DNA from: Paramoeba atlantica
Taxonomy: Eukaryota; Protista; Discosea
Direction of reading: 5' to 3'
DNA: 64,000 bases
NCBI GenBank assembly: GCA_977017575.1
Contig: CDRNVI010000084.1
Location: 44,019 to 108,018, forward strand
How positions within the stretch are numbered: position 1 is the first letter of the stretch; each line of letters opens with the position of its first letter. Below are positions 51,862 through 64,000 of this stretch, piece by piece. The notes beneath the pieces are model-generated. The model made no database searches and was not told where the DNA came from. It worked only from the letters and a program-made list of their open reading frames with translations. Both the position numbers and the translations under genes were made by a program.

Positions 51862-52763
51862 TTTTTTTTTGCTCCCTCCCGTGCCCCCCTCCGCGCTCCA
51901 CGCCACGCTCTCCGTCGCCCTTCCCCTCTGGCGCTCTCCTCCTGTGCTCTCCGCCGATGTTTTTTTTTCTTTCTTCGTTGCCTTCGCCCTCCCCTCGCCA
52001 CCCCCTTGGTTGCCCTCTGTTGCCCCCTGCGTCGCTCTGCCGCGCCGCTTTTCGCCCCCCACCCACTGCGCCGTCCCCTTCGCCGCCCATTCCCCCTCCC
52101 TCCCTGCTCCCACCTGCGCCACTCTTTCCCTTCCCACTCTTTCCCTTCATCCCCTCCGCCACCCCCTCACGCTGTATCTCGAAGAATGGCGCCGCCCGGT
52201 ACCGAATATAGCAAGGTACTAAAAAACTAGGGTAGGCGTCATTCACGCTTTTCTTTTTTCTTTCTTTCTGCGGCTTGCAACTAGCCCATGATAACGGGGC
52301 TAGGGTAACAATTTGGAGAGATACGAGCTTGTTGAAGCTGAGGTTTGGCCTGTTGAAGCTGAGGAGCCAGTCCGCTCGAGGGGATACCACCCTAGAAGAC
52401 TTGGTCCGTTGAAGCTGAGGTGCTAAAACCGTTGAAGCTGAGAGTCGACACTCCCAAACTATGCCAGCAAGCAGGCAAGGGGTCAAGGAGCACTGCTTTT
52501 GGCAGTGTCGGGGTGTGGCGAACCCCACCCTCCTAGCTAATCCAGCTTCCCGCAGCGGGCTTTCAGTCTGCGCGTTAGCTGGATCGGCTTGCATTGGCTC
52601 TGTGCAGCAATCCTTTTAGGTCTGCGCATGGGTCGTGCGGGTCGGAGCTACCTTCGGCTCTCTCCGAGGAGGCAACACCCCGTCTACGGGGTTTTTACCT
52701 GAAAACAAAACAAACAAACATCTCCTCGGATATATATTGCCTAATTCATCATCATCATCATCA

Positions 52764-53605
52764 TCAAAAGAGTATCCATTTCCGCACGCCGACTTGTACT
52801 ATTACGACATTTCGATCATAGATGATCCTCCGGCGACTACGGGGTTAGAACAAGGGTCGACCGCCAATGGATTACGTACTAGTCAGAATTTCCCGGATGG
52901 TGAGGAGACAAACGAGACTATTGTTAATGCTGATACTGTGGAAACTGGAATTCCTTTCGGACCGAGTGCCAATTTGGACCCAACGGCCTGGATCCTTACG
53001 AGCCGATTACGTTCACCCCATGGATTAACGCCTTTGATGACGGGGGATTTCGCGTACGGGATTTGATGCGAGAACTGCGAGAAGCACCAGAATTTGGACT
53101 TCGTGTGAACCAGTTTTTCACCGACCGGACTTTTCTGAAGCAACAAGAACGATTTTTTGAAAATGTTTTTTGCAAGTGGATTCTTTTTGCGCGGATGACT
53201 CAAGGTTGGGATCAGGGAGTTTACTTGGAAATGGGAAAAGCAATCATTCAGACGATGCGCGATGCGTATTGGCGAGCCCGGCGCATTGACGTGGATCTCG
53301 TGCATCAAAAATTGCAAAAAGACGTCCGTCCGAATGATAAGTTCTACCATCTTGTCAGTGAGCAATTAGTTGACCGCCAGAAGCAGTATGCCCGCCAAGT
53401 GGGATTTTCCGGATCAGGGGTCTTCCACTCAAAGGCAAGTTTTCAAGGAAATGCGCGCCAGAATTTTGTGCCTCAACAGCGAGCTCCTTTGTTGTGTTAT
53501 GGTTGTCGTTCCCCTGACCACATGTGGAGAAATTGTCCTAAACGGTTTCAGCAGGGTTTTCGTTCGAGGGTGGCTGGCCCTGCACAAGGCAGCAAGAACT
53601 TCTGA
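52764..53605 (+). pseudogene. Family-C gag (5'-truncated, frameshift near 53010) with zinc knuckle
   Basis: SKEYPFPH; CYGCRSPDHMWRNC. Confidence 0.85.
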
Positions 53606-53671
53606 AACGTTCCCACCCGAACGGCCAGTACTACAATAAATACCAACCGAAACCACAAACCTTTTACGCAA

Positions 53672-54739
53672 GTGAACAGTACAGTAACAGTTTTCAAAAG
53701 AAAAAGGATACAATTTATGCAAGTGACGAAGAAACGAAGGATGGAGAAGAATCACGTGGGTGTAGTGAGTGCAAAGAACTCAAGAGGAAGACATCTCAGA
53801 TCTGGGACTTTATACGGCGGGACGCTCAGTTTGGAGCAGAAGGTGCCGGAAAGGCAGAAATTGATGAAGTTATTGCTGGGTGTGACAATAATGAGTCCTG
53901 AAATAAGGATGGCTCTCGACGCAATAGGGGCAATGTGGAGCGTTTCGACGTGGCGGGCACGGGCACGAATATGGGAGCGCCTGTCAGCCTTTTGCACGGG
54001 AAGGGGGATACGGATAACGGCGTTACACGCCGTGACTTTTCTTGCCAGTTTGCAGATAAGAATACAGGCGAAACTAACTTACGCCCGAACCCACGCCTCG
54101 ATATTAAACCTTGCAGGGGAAAATACGAACCCGTTAAAATTCTACGTAAAATCTCTAATGGCGGAAGGAGCGACGGAACCATGCCGTCAAATGGAACCCC
54201 TGACGCAGCAGCACATTCAGAAATTGTGGAACCACATGGCATCCCGCGAAATACATACGCTGCTGCTGTGCTGGAAGGGGGCAAGCCGTTGGTCCGAAAC
54301 GGCAGCGTTGACCAGAGAACGGTTTTACGAAGTGGCGTCCAACAGAATTGTAATTTGGTGGGGAAGGCATACGAAGACGTCCCGCCTAAACCCATATCGC
54401 CCATCCATGTATACCGTCATCGAGGGACCGGGCACGGAGGAGCTCGCAAGGTATGTAGCGCAACTAAAGCCTCTCCAACCGATGTCATGGGCTACAACTT
54501 CACAAGTGGATGTCGAGATAAGGAAAATTCTCGGATTGGGTTTCGGGTCACATTCGGCAAAGCGCGGGGCGATCACTCTTCTTCTCGCGGAGGTGGCAAA
54601 CGGCAATCTAAATTTGGAGGAGGTCCAGCATCTTGCAAAACATCAGAGCCTGGAATCTCTTCTGCGGTACAATGCCGATCCAGTGACGACTGCACTGGCA
54701 CTGGGAACGCACAAAGCAACGCGCAAGTTGACCATCTGA
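53672..54739 (+). CDS. Tyrosine recombinase
   Basis: WKGASRWSE (R), TKTS (K), HSAKRGA (HxxR), AKHQSLESLLRY (H..Y); true start probably a downstream ATG. Confidence 0.9.
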   Translation: MNSTVTVFKRKRIQFMQVTKKRRMEKNHVGVVSAKNSRGRHLRSGTLYGGTLSLEQKVPERQKLMKLLLGVTIMSPEIRMALDAIGAMWSVSTWRARARIWERLSAFCTGRGIRITALHAVTFLASLQIRIQAKLTYARTHASILNLAGENTNPLKFYVKSLMAEGATEPCRQMEPLTQQHIQKLWNHMASREIHTLLLCWKGASRWSETAALTRERFYEVASNRIVIWWGRHTKTSRLNPYRPSMYTVIEGPGTEELARYVAQLKPLQPMSWATTSQVDVEIRKILGLGFGSHSAKRGAITLLLAEVANGNLNLEEVQHLAKHQSLESLLRYNADPVTTALALGTHKATRKLTI

Positions 54740-56349
54740 TTACGGAAGACAATCTTTTTATCAAGTTTTTAGACGATATTCCTCAGGAGAAAGTTAAACA
54801 CACGATTACTCGTACTCGACGAACATCGAAAGTGGCTCTTCCATCCGATTATAATCTTCCGTTGCACGTGAAATCCGGAATACCCGACATGCAGGTTAAT
54901 ACTCTCAGACGAATGATTAACAGCGAAGCAGAACGCCGATTCGCAGAAACATGGGATACACTTGTTCGGCTACCGTCTACACCGACGATAGAGCAGCGAT
55001 TCAAATCCTTTTTACTCCCAGCTGATATATCCGCTTTGTTGGAGACAGGAGTTATTTCACGGGTTGGATCCGAGGTAGTAAAGGCCAGACCTTCGATGGA
55101 GTGGGTGATTCCGTTCACGGTGGTGGAGCCAGCTGACGACGATTCGGAGCGACGTCGCTTTATAGCCTGGACCCGAGGCGATAACAATAGAATTCGCGAA
55201 GAGTACAAGCCTGAGGTTCCGGTTTGCCATGCTGCATATTACCTTCATCGGGTTCGAGACCAATGTGCTATTAAGCGGGATTTAGCGTGCGGGTTTTGGC
55301 AGGTGAAGATACCGGTGGAATCGCGACAAAAATTTCGCTTCCGTGACGAGGAGGGCACATTATACGAAATGAATGTTATGCCCATGGGGCATCGTTGTGC
55401 CCCGGAGATAATGCACACCCTTACGGCCACCATTGGGGGTGACCCCCGATATTGTAATTGAGATGCGTCTTTTCCTGGCGGGGGTCTGGATGTTTACATT
55501 GACGGTATTCGTTTTGCGGGCGAGGTGTCTAAGGTGAATGAGTACGCGCGCTTCATTGATCGTCGTGCTATCAATGTCAATGCTAAGTTTAAGGATCATG
55601 GCGACCCGCCAATGGATGTTTATACCTTTAATGGGGTTACCTTTTTTCACCGAGATGGAAAGGTTAGTCTAGGGCCTAAGTTGACGCGACGACTGCAAAG
55701 TGATGATTTCTTAGCGGGAACCTATGGGTCTTTGGAGGCAGGCGTTGGGAGATTAATTTTTGCATCGGCCATCATGGGAATATGTATGCCAGAGTACCAT
55801 TTGGAGTTGAAAATTGTTAGGCGCCGAATTTGTCGATTGAATCGCGAACCGAATTTACTTGATGATAAGGTCCCATTACCGACATCTGTCAGGATACGTT
55901 TGATGGCGTGGAGGGATAAATTGCTTTATCGTTCACCTGTTACACCGCCTCGCCATCCAGATACTGTTCCCCATCAACATACTTTGTTTACGGATGCGTC
56001 ATCTGTAGGATGGGGGGCGGTCCTATATCTTGATTACGGACCCATGTTTTGCACTGGGGCGCAGTGGCCGGCGGATTTTAATTACGAGGTTAATAGAGCT
56101 GAAGCGCGGGCAGTTCGACTCGCCTTTGAGAAATTTCAAATTCACTTTAAGAAAGATACGTGTGTGGACTTGTTCATTGATAATACTTCGTGTGTGGCCG
56201 CTGTTAATAGAAAGGTTTCAAAATCAAATGGAATTACCGAGGAGCTTCGTCGTTTACTGCATTTTCTGAACAAGAACGGCTTAGCGGTTAAAGCAGAGTA
56301 CGTACGATCATCCGAAAACCCAGCAGATCATTACAGTCGATATTTTTGA
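53935..56349 (+). pseudogene. RT/RNase H ORF overlapping YR, with one in-frame TGA at 55459-55461
   Basis: KRDLACGFWQ, MPMG, VYIDG, FNG; RNase H TDASSVGWG, NRAE, IDN, ENPADHYSR. Track ORFs 53935 and 55525 are in the same frame. Confidence 0.9.
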
Positions 56350-57007
56350 AAGATGTTGTTTTCGAAGGATTGAATTACGCCATTTGTGAAAGCGCATATG
56401 ATGCGTATAGTGGATAAAAATAAGATATTGAGCGTTGAAAATCAAAAAAAAAAAATGAAGACGAGAGAGACGTAAACTTCATGCAATCAATAACCAAGCA
56501 GAACGGACATGTGAGCGATTTTGATGTGTATGAGGAATGAGTGAGTGAGGAGACGAGATGACGAGGGGGGGGCTCTCAGATAGTAGGCAATCTGGGGTTT
56601 CTTCTTCTTGCCGTCACTAGCGTTTGGGTGATTTGAAGACTGGCGAGTGGGTGATCCCCGCCGGGGAACTACCCATTCACAAGAGAGAGAAAGTTTGAAT
56701 ATTATTTTGTGGACGTCCATATATTTTTTGTTATCATTATAGTCAGGATAGAAAAGTTGAAAGACATGTAGTTATTTAGTTTTATTTACTTGATGAATAT
56801 TATTTACTTAGGACAATTCTTTATATATTTTGTACAAAGATTTTATGATGAGCAATTCTTAGAGTTTACGGAAAGAATTGCTTGAAGAAAATATTTATTC
56901 TTTGACCGTGGCCCTACGGGGCACATATACATATGTGTACCTGATTTTGCCCCCTCCGGGGGGAACCATGTAATTATACTTTTAGCATACTATACTACAC
57001 ATTATTT

Positions 57008-58220
57008 CAGGGTTCGCAGAAACTATAAAACTATCAATATAGTACTATATAGTTACTATAAACTTTTTTCAAAAACTATAAAAAACTATATTCTTTTTCT
57101 TCGTATTTCAAGGTGCTTTTAAGCCCTTTGACGCATCCTATTCAATGAATAGGATCTCATATGAATTTCATATGCAAATGTGTTTTTATCCCTTTTTTTC
57201 TTAATTTTTCTTCATTTTAAAACCGAAACAGATGCCCGAAACGAAACTGACGAGGGGAAATTTCTGTAAAGACTATTTTAGTGAAGTACCGCGCACGGAA
57301 GGACAGAAACCAGCGGTGGAATGCAACCTGTGTGAGGAGGGAAGTAAGAAGCGTTTTTTGGTTCCAAGAGGACTATCGACAGATTATCATTCCGCAGAGA
57401 AGCACTTAGTGAAACACGACAAGAAATATGATACCTGGTGTGCTGAACAAAACAAAAAGCGTCGACGTGCAAATGCGACGTTGAACATCTCGTCACCAGC
57501 GTCCAAACCTCAGGACCATAAGGATATAATAGTTTGGAAAGCAGAGTTCGGAATTTCAACCGCAGCTCTTGAGCATCCTTTGTTTCTTAACAGAATTGTA
57601 CGAGGCATGTGTCCCACTCCACCTCGAAGGGAAAAATTAAACGAACTGACCATTGAATATGCTAAGCAAACTAGAGTAAAGATGCGTTGACCTTGTTTTT
57701 AAATTTTCGGATGTGAGTTTTGTGTTTAGACACAGCCACTTTTCACCATCGTACGACCTGCGCCGTTACAATGATCAACAATGGTGTGTCTATGTGTTGG
57801 ACCGTCAGACCCATGCCCGCAAGTGATGCATCCGCCTTTCAACTTCTATTAAAAGGGGTTATAGAGGAGCTTTACGCCGATCGAATTTTTGTGGCGCACG
57901 TAGTTTCAGACGCAGTTGCATTCAGAGCGCAATTGCTACGAGCGAGTAGACTTATCCACTATTTACTAAAAACGGATACTTCGAGTTTGGGCTATATTTC
58001 TTTTAGCTTTGGGTAGGCTAAGTGCGGAGGTGGAGTGACGATGGACGTATAAAAACGCGTGTGTGTTACTCACTTACACAAAAAATACCATTTGGAATGC
58101 AGCAAAAGTTTATAGTTTTCTTATAGTTTTATAGTAAAATACAGTAAATATAGTACTATATAGTAACTATATTCAATAAAAAAACTATATTTTACTATAT
58201 TATAGTTTCTGCGAACCCTG
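57008..58220 (+). mobile_element. hAT-superfamily DNA transposon, internally deleted (1,213 bp)
   Basis: 21-bp TIR CAGGGTTCGCAGAAACTATAA; 8-bp TSD CATTATTT (57000-57007, 58221-58228); ACTATA/TATAGT subterminal motifs. Confidence 0.92.
57232..58016 (+). pseudogene. Truncated hAT transposase: BED-type zinc finger and first two acidic motifs
   Basis: YF..VECNLC..HLVKH; CLDT; VVSDA; broken near 57690-57720; C-terminal half absent. Confidence 0.8.
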
Positions 58221-58474
58221 CATTATTTTACTCTAGTGACTTATAACCTTTTTCCACTCGCAAAAGGAAAGTTGCCCCACCCCCCATCCCCCAAACCACT
58301 CCCCGCCGGGGAACTACCCATTCGCAAGAGAGAGAAAGTTTGAATATTGTTTTGTGGACGTCCATATATTTTTTGTTATCATTATAGTCAGGATAGAAAA
58401 GTTGAAAGACATGTAGTTATTTAGTTTTATTTACTTGATGAATATTATTTACTTAGGACAATTCTTTATATATT

Positions 58475-60716
58475 TTGTACAAAGATTTTATGATGAGCAA
58501 TTCTCACGTAAATGGCGATACCACACCACTAAAGTTGTATGCAAAAGCGCTACAAGCACAGGGCGGTCTGGAACCGCAGCGCCAGATGGAGCCCCTAACA
58601 CCGTATCCATTGAGGAAGCTGTGCAGCAGAGTCACCAATTCGGAGTCAATGGCAATCTTGCTGTGCTGGAAGGCAGCTGCCAGGTGGACGGAAGTTGCGG
58701 AGTTAACCAGAGAGAAATTTCTAAAGATATCTCCAGAGGAAATCGTCATCTTTTGGGGGAGGGGTACCAAGGCAACACGATTAAACTCATACCGCCCCTA
58801 CATGCACGCGGTCATAATGGGGCCGGGGACGGCGGAATTGGCACAATATCTTGCGGGTCTCCCTCTGGGCCAAAGGATATGCAGAACGCCGGTAAGAGAA
58901 ATGGACAACCAAATACGAAGCGTTCTCGGAAACGGATTTGGTACCCACTCCATCAAGAGGGGCGCGATAACATACCTATTTCAGCAAGTCGCCAAAGGCC
59001 ACCTACTCTTATCGGAAGTACAGCACCTTACAAAACATCTGAATATCGAAAGCCTGTTGCAGTACAATGCCAACCAAATCACGACGGCACGCGCTCTCGG
59101 GACCCAAAAAGTGTCGGCACGCCTCCCGGGATTATCACTGCAACAATGATCGAACAATGCTACACCGAGGTGCCGTACCTCAAACGACATTCTCTCTTAT
59201 GTACTCGTCGAAGTTCTAAACCCGCAAAGGGGGTGGACTTCGAAATACCACTTCATGTGAAACCCGACGTGCCTATTTTAGACGTACAAGAACTACGGCA
59301 ACGGATGTCTTCGGCTGCAGACACCCGTTTTGAGGAAGTGTGGAGTCAATTGTTATGTATGCCGGCTCGTCCTGAGGAACCACCACGAGTGAAAAGTGGT
59401 TTGTCTTCGAATGACTACGACCTATTAGTGCAACATGGGATTGTTGCGAAGCTGTCGCCACAAGATGTCGAAGCTCGTCCGTCCGTTCAATTTTTAATTC
59501 CGTTTACCGTAATAGAAACGGATGATCAGGGCAACAAACGCAGACGTTTTATTTCCTGGACGCGATCAGACAATGATCGCTTACGAACCTATGAGCCAAA
59601 CGTCCCCTTATGGCATCCTTCGAAATATCTGCACCGCGTTACGGAAGAATCAGGTGTCAAACGAGAATGCGGATTCTGCCAAGTTGAAATTCCCCAGGCT
59701 TCCCGTCAAAAATTTCGCTTTCTATCTGACAATGGCGATGTGTACTACCCATGGGTCACAGATGCGCACCTGAAATTATGCATTCCTTGATGGGGGCATT
59801 GGCTGGTTCGCCAGATTATTGTGAGTCGAGTGCGAGTTTCGCGAAAGGGAGTGTAGATGTTTACGTAGATGGTGTACGGTTTGCGGGGACTGCCCGCGAG
59901 GCTTTGGTCTATTCTACATGGATTGATCGACGAGCAGTTCTCTTCGGAGCGCGTTTTAAGGACGCGGGTAGCTTACCAACGAAGCACTACGTATTTAATG
60001 GAATTCAATACGATCATCACACACACAGGGTCTGCCTGGGCCCAAAGGTGATGGCAAAGTTACAAACGGACCAATTCTTACGACTTACTTTTGTGGAACT
60101 CGAGGCGGCGGTGGGGTGCCTATTGTATTGTTCCTCCGTATTGGGCTTGATAATTCCGAAATACCATTTCGTGTTGAAGGTATGTCAAAGACGTATTAAC
60201 CTTTTAAATCGGGACCCGACAAAAGCGAGTAAAATAGTAGATCTCCCTCAGAACATTCGAGCATTGCTAGGCCGTTGGCGCAATGAACTTTCGCAGAATA
60301 CGCCGATTAAGCCCCCACCTCACCCAGAAATCGCACCGCGACGTCACCAACTTTACACCGATGCTTCCTCCAAAGGGTGAGGGACAATCCTGTATCTGGA
60401 TTCCGGAGAAGTATGTATTGTTGGAGCCCCGTGGAAACCCGACTGGTCCTATGAGGTGAACAAAGCAGAAGCAATGGCAGTGAGATTAGCACTAGAAAAG
60501 TTGGAAGATAAGTTTGAGACGGGAACATGCTTGCAACTCTGGGTGGACAATACTTCCTGCAAAGCTGCAATCAATCGCAAAATATGCAAGTCCGACGGAA
60601 TTGCGGAAGAGTTGTGCAAGGTTCTTGAATGGGTGGAAAAACGTGGCTTATGTATCAACGCGAAATATTTATCGACGAAAGAAAACCCCGCAGATCCGAT
60701 AAGCCGAAAATTTTGA
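58475..60716 (+). mobile_element. Second family-C copy, degraded (YR C-terminal half, RT, RNase H)
   Basis: WKAAARWTE, HSIKRGA, KHL..LLQY; VYVDG; YTDASSKG*G, ENPADPISR; frameshift/deletion near 59650-59750, TGA at 60378. Confidence 0.88.
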
Positions 60717-60892
60717 TTACCTGCCGATTTATTTAGACATTCAGGTTATCGTCTGGTCAACGGTGATCGGGATGACAATAATATAGTTTAAAAAAAAAGA
60801 GAACGAAAATTTTGAAGTATTGTTTCGAGTGTATTACCGTCGTTAGCTACGCGTGGGCGGGCGCATGAGAGGTACGTGTGAGCGGGATTGGA

Positions 60893-61589
60893 GCTGCGTG
60901 TTGGAGGGCTAAGCCCCTTCACTTCGTATTTATTAATTATATCATCCGGAATATTATTGAAGGCCTATTTTATACTTTATATGCATACGGTACCGATTTC
61001 CAGCAACTATTGACAGAAGATATTTTGAACTAGGTAAGTATCCATAGCTAAGCAATATTATGCGACATATTCCAATGTAGTTTCTTGCTCATATACGTTC
61101 TGTTATTATCTATATGTCCGTGCAGCCCTCGCCGTGATTTCTGATAGTTTACGATATGAAATTTGGCGAGGGCTATTGTACTTATATTTTTGGTAAGATT
61201 TGGCCGGCGGGCATTGTACGCTTTTGTTTGCAATCTAATGTGTTTATATAGATATCGTCATGCATTATTGTAATAGAATCATCCAATTTCAAACTACTAA
61301 TACTACAAGTTTTGAGCCCACCCACCAACCCCCAGCCACGGCTGCGGGTTGGAGGGCTAAGCCCCTTCACTTCGTATTTATTAATTATATCATCCGGAAT
61401 ATTATTGAAGGCCTATTTTATACTTTATATGCATACGGTACCGATTTCCAGCAACTATTGACAGAAGATATTTTGAACTAGGTAAGTATCCATAGCTAAG
61501 CAATTTTATGCGACATATTCCAATGTAGTTTCTTATTCATATACGTTCTGTTATTATCTATATGTCCGTGCAGCCCTCGCCGTGATTTC
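60893..61589. repeat. 249-bp AT-rich direct repeat (60893-61141, 61341-61589)
   Basis: Near-identical blocks at offset 448. Confidence 0.92.
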
Positions 61590-61889
61590 AAATTGTTGTT
61601 TGTATGATGTATTAGGTCCATAATTGTGATCTTATGTATTTGATATTCTTATTAGATTGAAGCTTTACGTACTCGTGAAGAAAAAATTTGCCCCACCCAC
61701 CATCCCCCAAACCTCTCCCCGCGTGGGTTACCCGTTCGCAAGAGTGAGTTATTGAAGATTTCTTTAATGGGACGTCCCTTACTATATTTCTTGGCTTTGT
61801 GTTTAATAGCATATTGAAATTTTGAATAAAAAAGTAATAATGATACTCTGAGGTATGTACATAGAAGGAAGTTTACTTGTTTATATTCT

Positions 61890-62681
61890 GATTTTTCTTT
61901 TGGGTTTCTTGATCACGGCGCTTTACCAGTTTCCAGTGCGTTCGGCCCATTTTCCGATCATCGATTTCTGTCACCGTGACGAACCATCCTATTTTCGGAC
62001 CCTTTTCCCACGGTTATATTTCCGTTTTCCTATGAATGTTTCACCCACTTGCAGTTTGGAAAAGTTAAAATCCGTGTTTTCTTGTTGGTGGAACGCTGCG
62101 TTACCTACCATGTGAAGGAACTTTGTAACAGTGCCTTGCCGCACTCCACGGTTACGACTGATTTGCCCTGTCGTGAGGTTGTTCGCGATGTCCCCCCATA
62201 TTAGAAGAAGAGTGTCTATATCCACCCCAGAGCGACTGTTCAAATAAGGGGAGAATCTAAACGCTCGCGCACGACATGGGTTGCGAGCATGGTCAGCACG
62301 ATACGTACATATTTCTACGTGCGGTCTTCCGCGTACTTCCCTCATGTAGTCAGAGCCATGTTTTTCGCAACGATGGTGTCGAAGCAAATGATGGTTTAAC
62401 ATCTATTCGATGGCGGACTCGCCTTGAGGAATGTGGCGCAAGTTTTTCCACGAACGCACGCACGCAAACCCAACACATCCACTACAAGTGCGACGAGCAA
62501 CTTGCGTAGCTGGAATTTCAACTCGTTGATCTTCCCAAGGCACATCACCATCGCCCTGATTAAAGCGCTCACTGTTGCCACTCAAGCGCTCACTGCTGCG
62601 ATTCTGACGATCAATATAAGAAAGAAAACGGCGAACCAAATCTTCCGCGTCCTCATTTCGATTGGGGTTGTCGCGCGCCAT
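61890..62681 (-). pseudogene. Diverged, broken Merlin transposase
   Basis: CSGCVGFACVRSWKN, LLIWGDIANNLTTGQI, QVGETFIGKRKYNRG (D to G), frameshifts, ends after WKLVKRRDQET. Confidence 0.88.
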
Positions 62682-62995
62682 AAACCGTTAAATTTTTTTG
62701 CGAATAGTTGATAAGAAAACACGCTAAACTTGAATATATTTGCTATTCTTGTTTTCTATTATTTTCTTATGAAATTTGATATAAATGTGCACTTCCTGGG
62801 CCTAATAAAAGTAAAAAGAATACTCACGATCACGCACAAAAATACTCGAGTACTCAACGAACCCGGGACGTACCCAAACAGTCCCATACAAAATATTTCC
62901 AAAATCGAACAAAATGCAAGACCTGTAGGGGGGGGGGGTAAAAGAGGCTGAACACTACTGTATGTGTTACCCAGAGACGGCTTGTCAAGGAGGAT

Positions 62996-63382
62996 TCAAC
63001 GTGTTGTCAAGGCCCAATTTCGAAGCATAAAGGGGGGGGTCTTACAGCGAAGTATAAAGGGGGGGGTCACAGTAGTCGGAAAAATATGACCATTTTTGTA
63101 CAATACCTCTAAAATACGGCTTCCATCGTCAGCATAAGTGACCTGCGGAGTCCCCACCCAAGTAAAAGGGCTTGAAGGCCCATCTGCTTCCTGGTACCAC
63201 ACAACGGTTAGCTCCACGGCCTCCGTCTCCAACTTGTCAGCAATGGTATCAATGCGCGCGCGGACTTGAGTATCTGTCATGGGAGAAATATTTTGCGAAC
63301 CCGGAGGTAAAGCAGTTCTGTACTCTGTATTTCGCGTCTGGGTGGTATCAATGTTCGGCATTGACGGGGCCTGAGCCAACAT
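62996..63382 (-). pseudogene. Short ORF resembling the N-terminal beta-rich domain of the non-LTR ORFs
   Basis: VVWY..TWVG..LEVLY..IFP pattern; truncated in G-runs. Confidence 0.35.
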
Positions 63383-64000
63383 AGTCTAGGATAATGTTTC
63401 GAACTGTGATCGCCGGGAGAACACTGGATTTGGCGCCGCGGGCTCCCGATGTACTTGTTGATTCTAAAGATTCGTGTGCTGCGGCGGAAGAGGTGGCACC
63501 AAAACACTTGGGGGCTGCTGCAGACCTGAAAATTGCCTACGAGCAATTTAGCCGATGGGCTAAATGAAATTTAGCCGATGGGCTAAAAGTTTACGTACAG
63601 AATTTTATGAAGGGTGCAGTGGTTAACGTGCTACATTGTTCGAAAATATTGAAAAGATATCAAAGTTACATTATTTAGTTTTATACTAGCATTTTATATT
63701 TATCTTCGCATTATTTTTTCGCGCCCGCCCACCGGCTCCCAACGCCGGCCGGGCGCGAATCGCCCATTCGTAGACATTTTGCAGATTTTTGATTTAGTTA
63801 GTTTCAACATTTTAATATAGCTAATTTAGTAAGACGTTTCATACATTTCATAGAATCGAATAGCGACGATATTAAATTTGAGAGAGGATGCTGTTGTTGT
63901 TGTTTATCCCGTTTGGCCATGACTGGCTATGGGTTCAGAGTACACCCTAGTTATTTAGTGCTCGTGTGAAACGGCACCGGGTATTACCGTACTCCGTGGG

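Larger units (their letters stand above)
52764..56349 (+). mobile_element. YR retrotransposon family C (TATE/VIPER-like), 5'-truncated
   Basis: gag with CCHC, YR, overlapping RT, RNase H. Confidence 0.9.
56656..58505. repeat. ~200-bp direct repeats (56656-56857, ~58302-58504); further partial copies at ~46404-46560 and ~39675-39755
   Basis: CCCCGCCGGGGAACTACCCATTC..GATTTTATGATGAGCAATTCT. Confidence 0.85.

Noticed and set aside
60376-60383. UGA-to-Trp recoding (TGA at the W of RNase H GWG)
   Set aside because: The TGA at 55459 aligns with Ser, TGA ends several ORFs at the expected place (7383, 54739, 56349), and TGG is used normally. Simple nonsense mutations are more likely.
63715-63765. 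GC-rich stem TCGCGCCC/GGGCGCGA as tRNA or ncRNA
   Set aside because: No cloverleaf or A/B boxes; a single stem is insufficient.
1-64000. rRNA, tRNA, telomeric TTAGGG tracts and host housekeeping genes
   Set aside because: None recognised on either strand by eye.

Overview
Eukaryotic window made almost entirely of nested transposable elements and repeats; I found no recognisable host housekeeping gene. Five copies of a 38-nt kinetoplastid-type spliced-leader (SL) exon point to a euglenozoan (kinetoplastid-like) host, but I cannot name the species. Contents: a 153-bp tandem array (1-2450); two CRE/SLACS-clade non-LTR retrotransposons with long intact ORFs, plus fragments; two APE-RT (RTE-like) non-LTR elements, one with RNase H; several tyrosine-recombinase (YR) retroelements in VIPER/TATE gene order (gag-YR-RT/RNase H); Merlin/ISXO2 transposases; a deleted hAT element with TIRs, an 8-bp TSD and an empty paralogous site; SINE-like inserts; and a 6,729-bp tandem duplication. 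Two observations stand out. (1) Retro-insertions of three unrelated kinds all begin with the SL exon and lack the GT donor, including an SL-headed, poly(A)-tailed ~0.68-kb non-autonomous family. (2) An apparently intact 7-kb YR retrotransposon (9936-16972) has no terminal ITRs or split direct repeats. It carries instead a 5'-located internal region complementary to its joined ends, and it sits at a GTA core inside another YR element whose RT frame is restored on excision. All assignments come from motif reading and by-eye alignment, with no database searches. Some frameshifts lie in homopolymers and may be sequencing errors.
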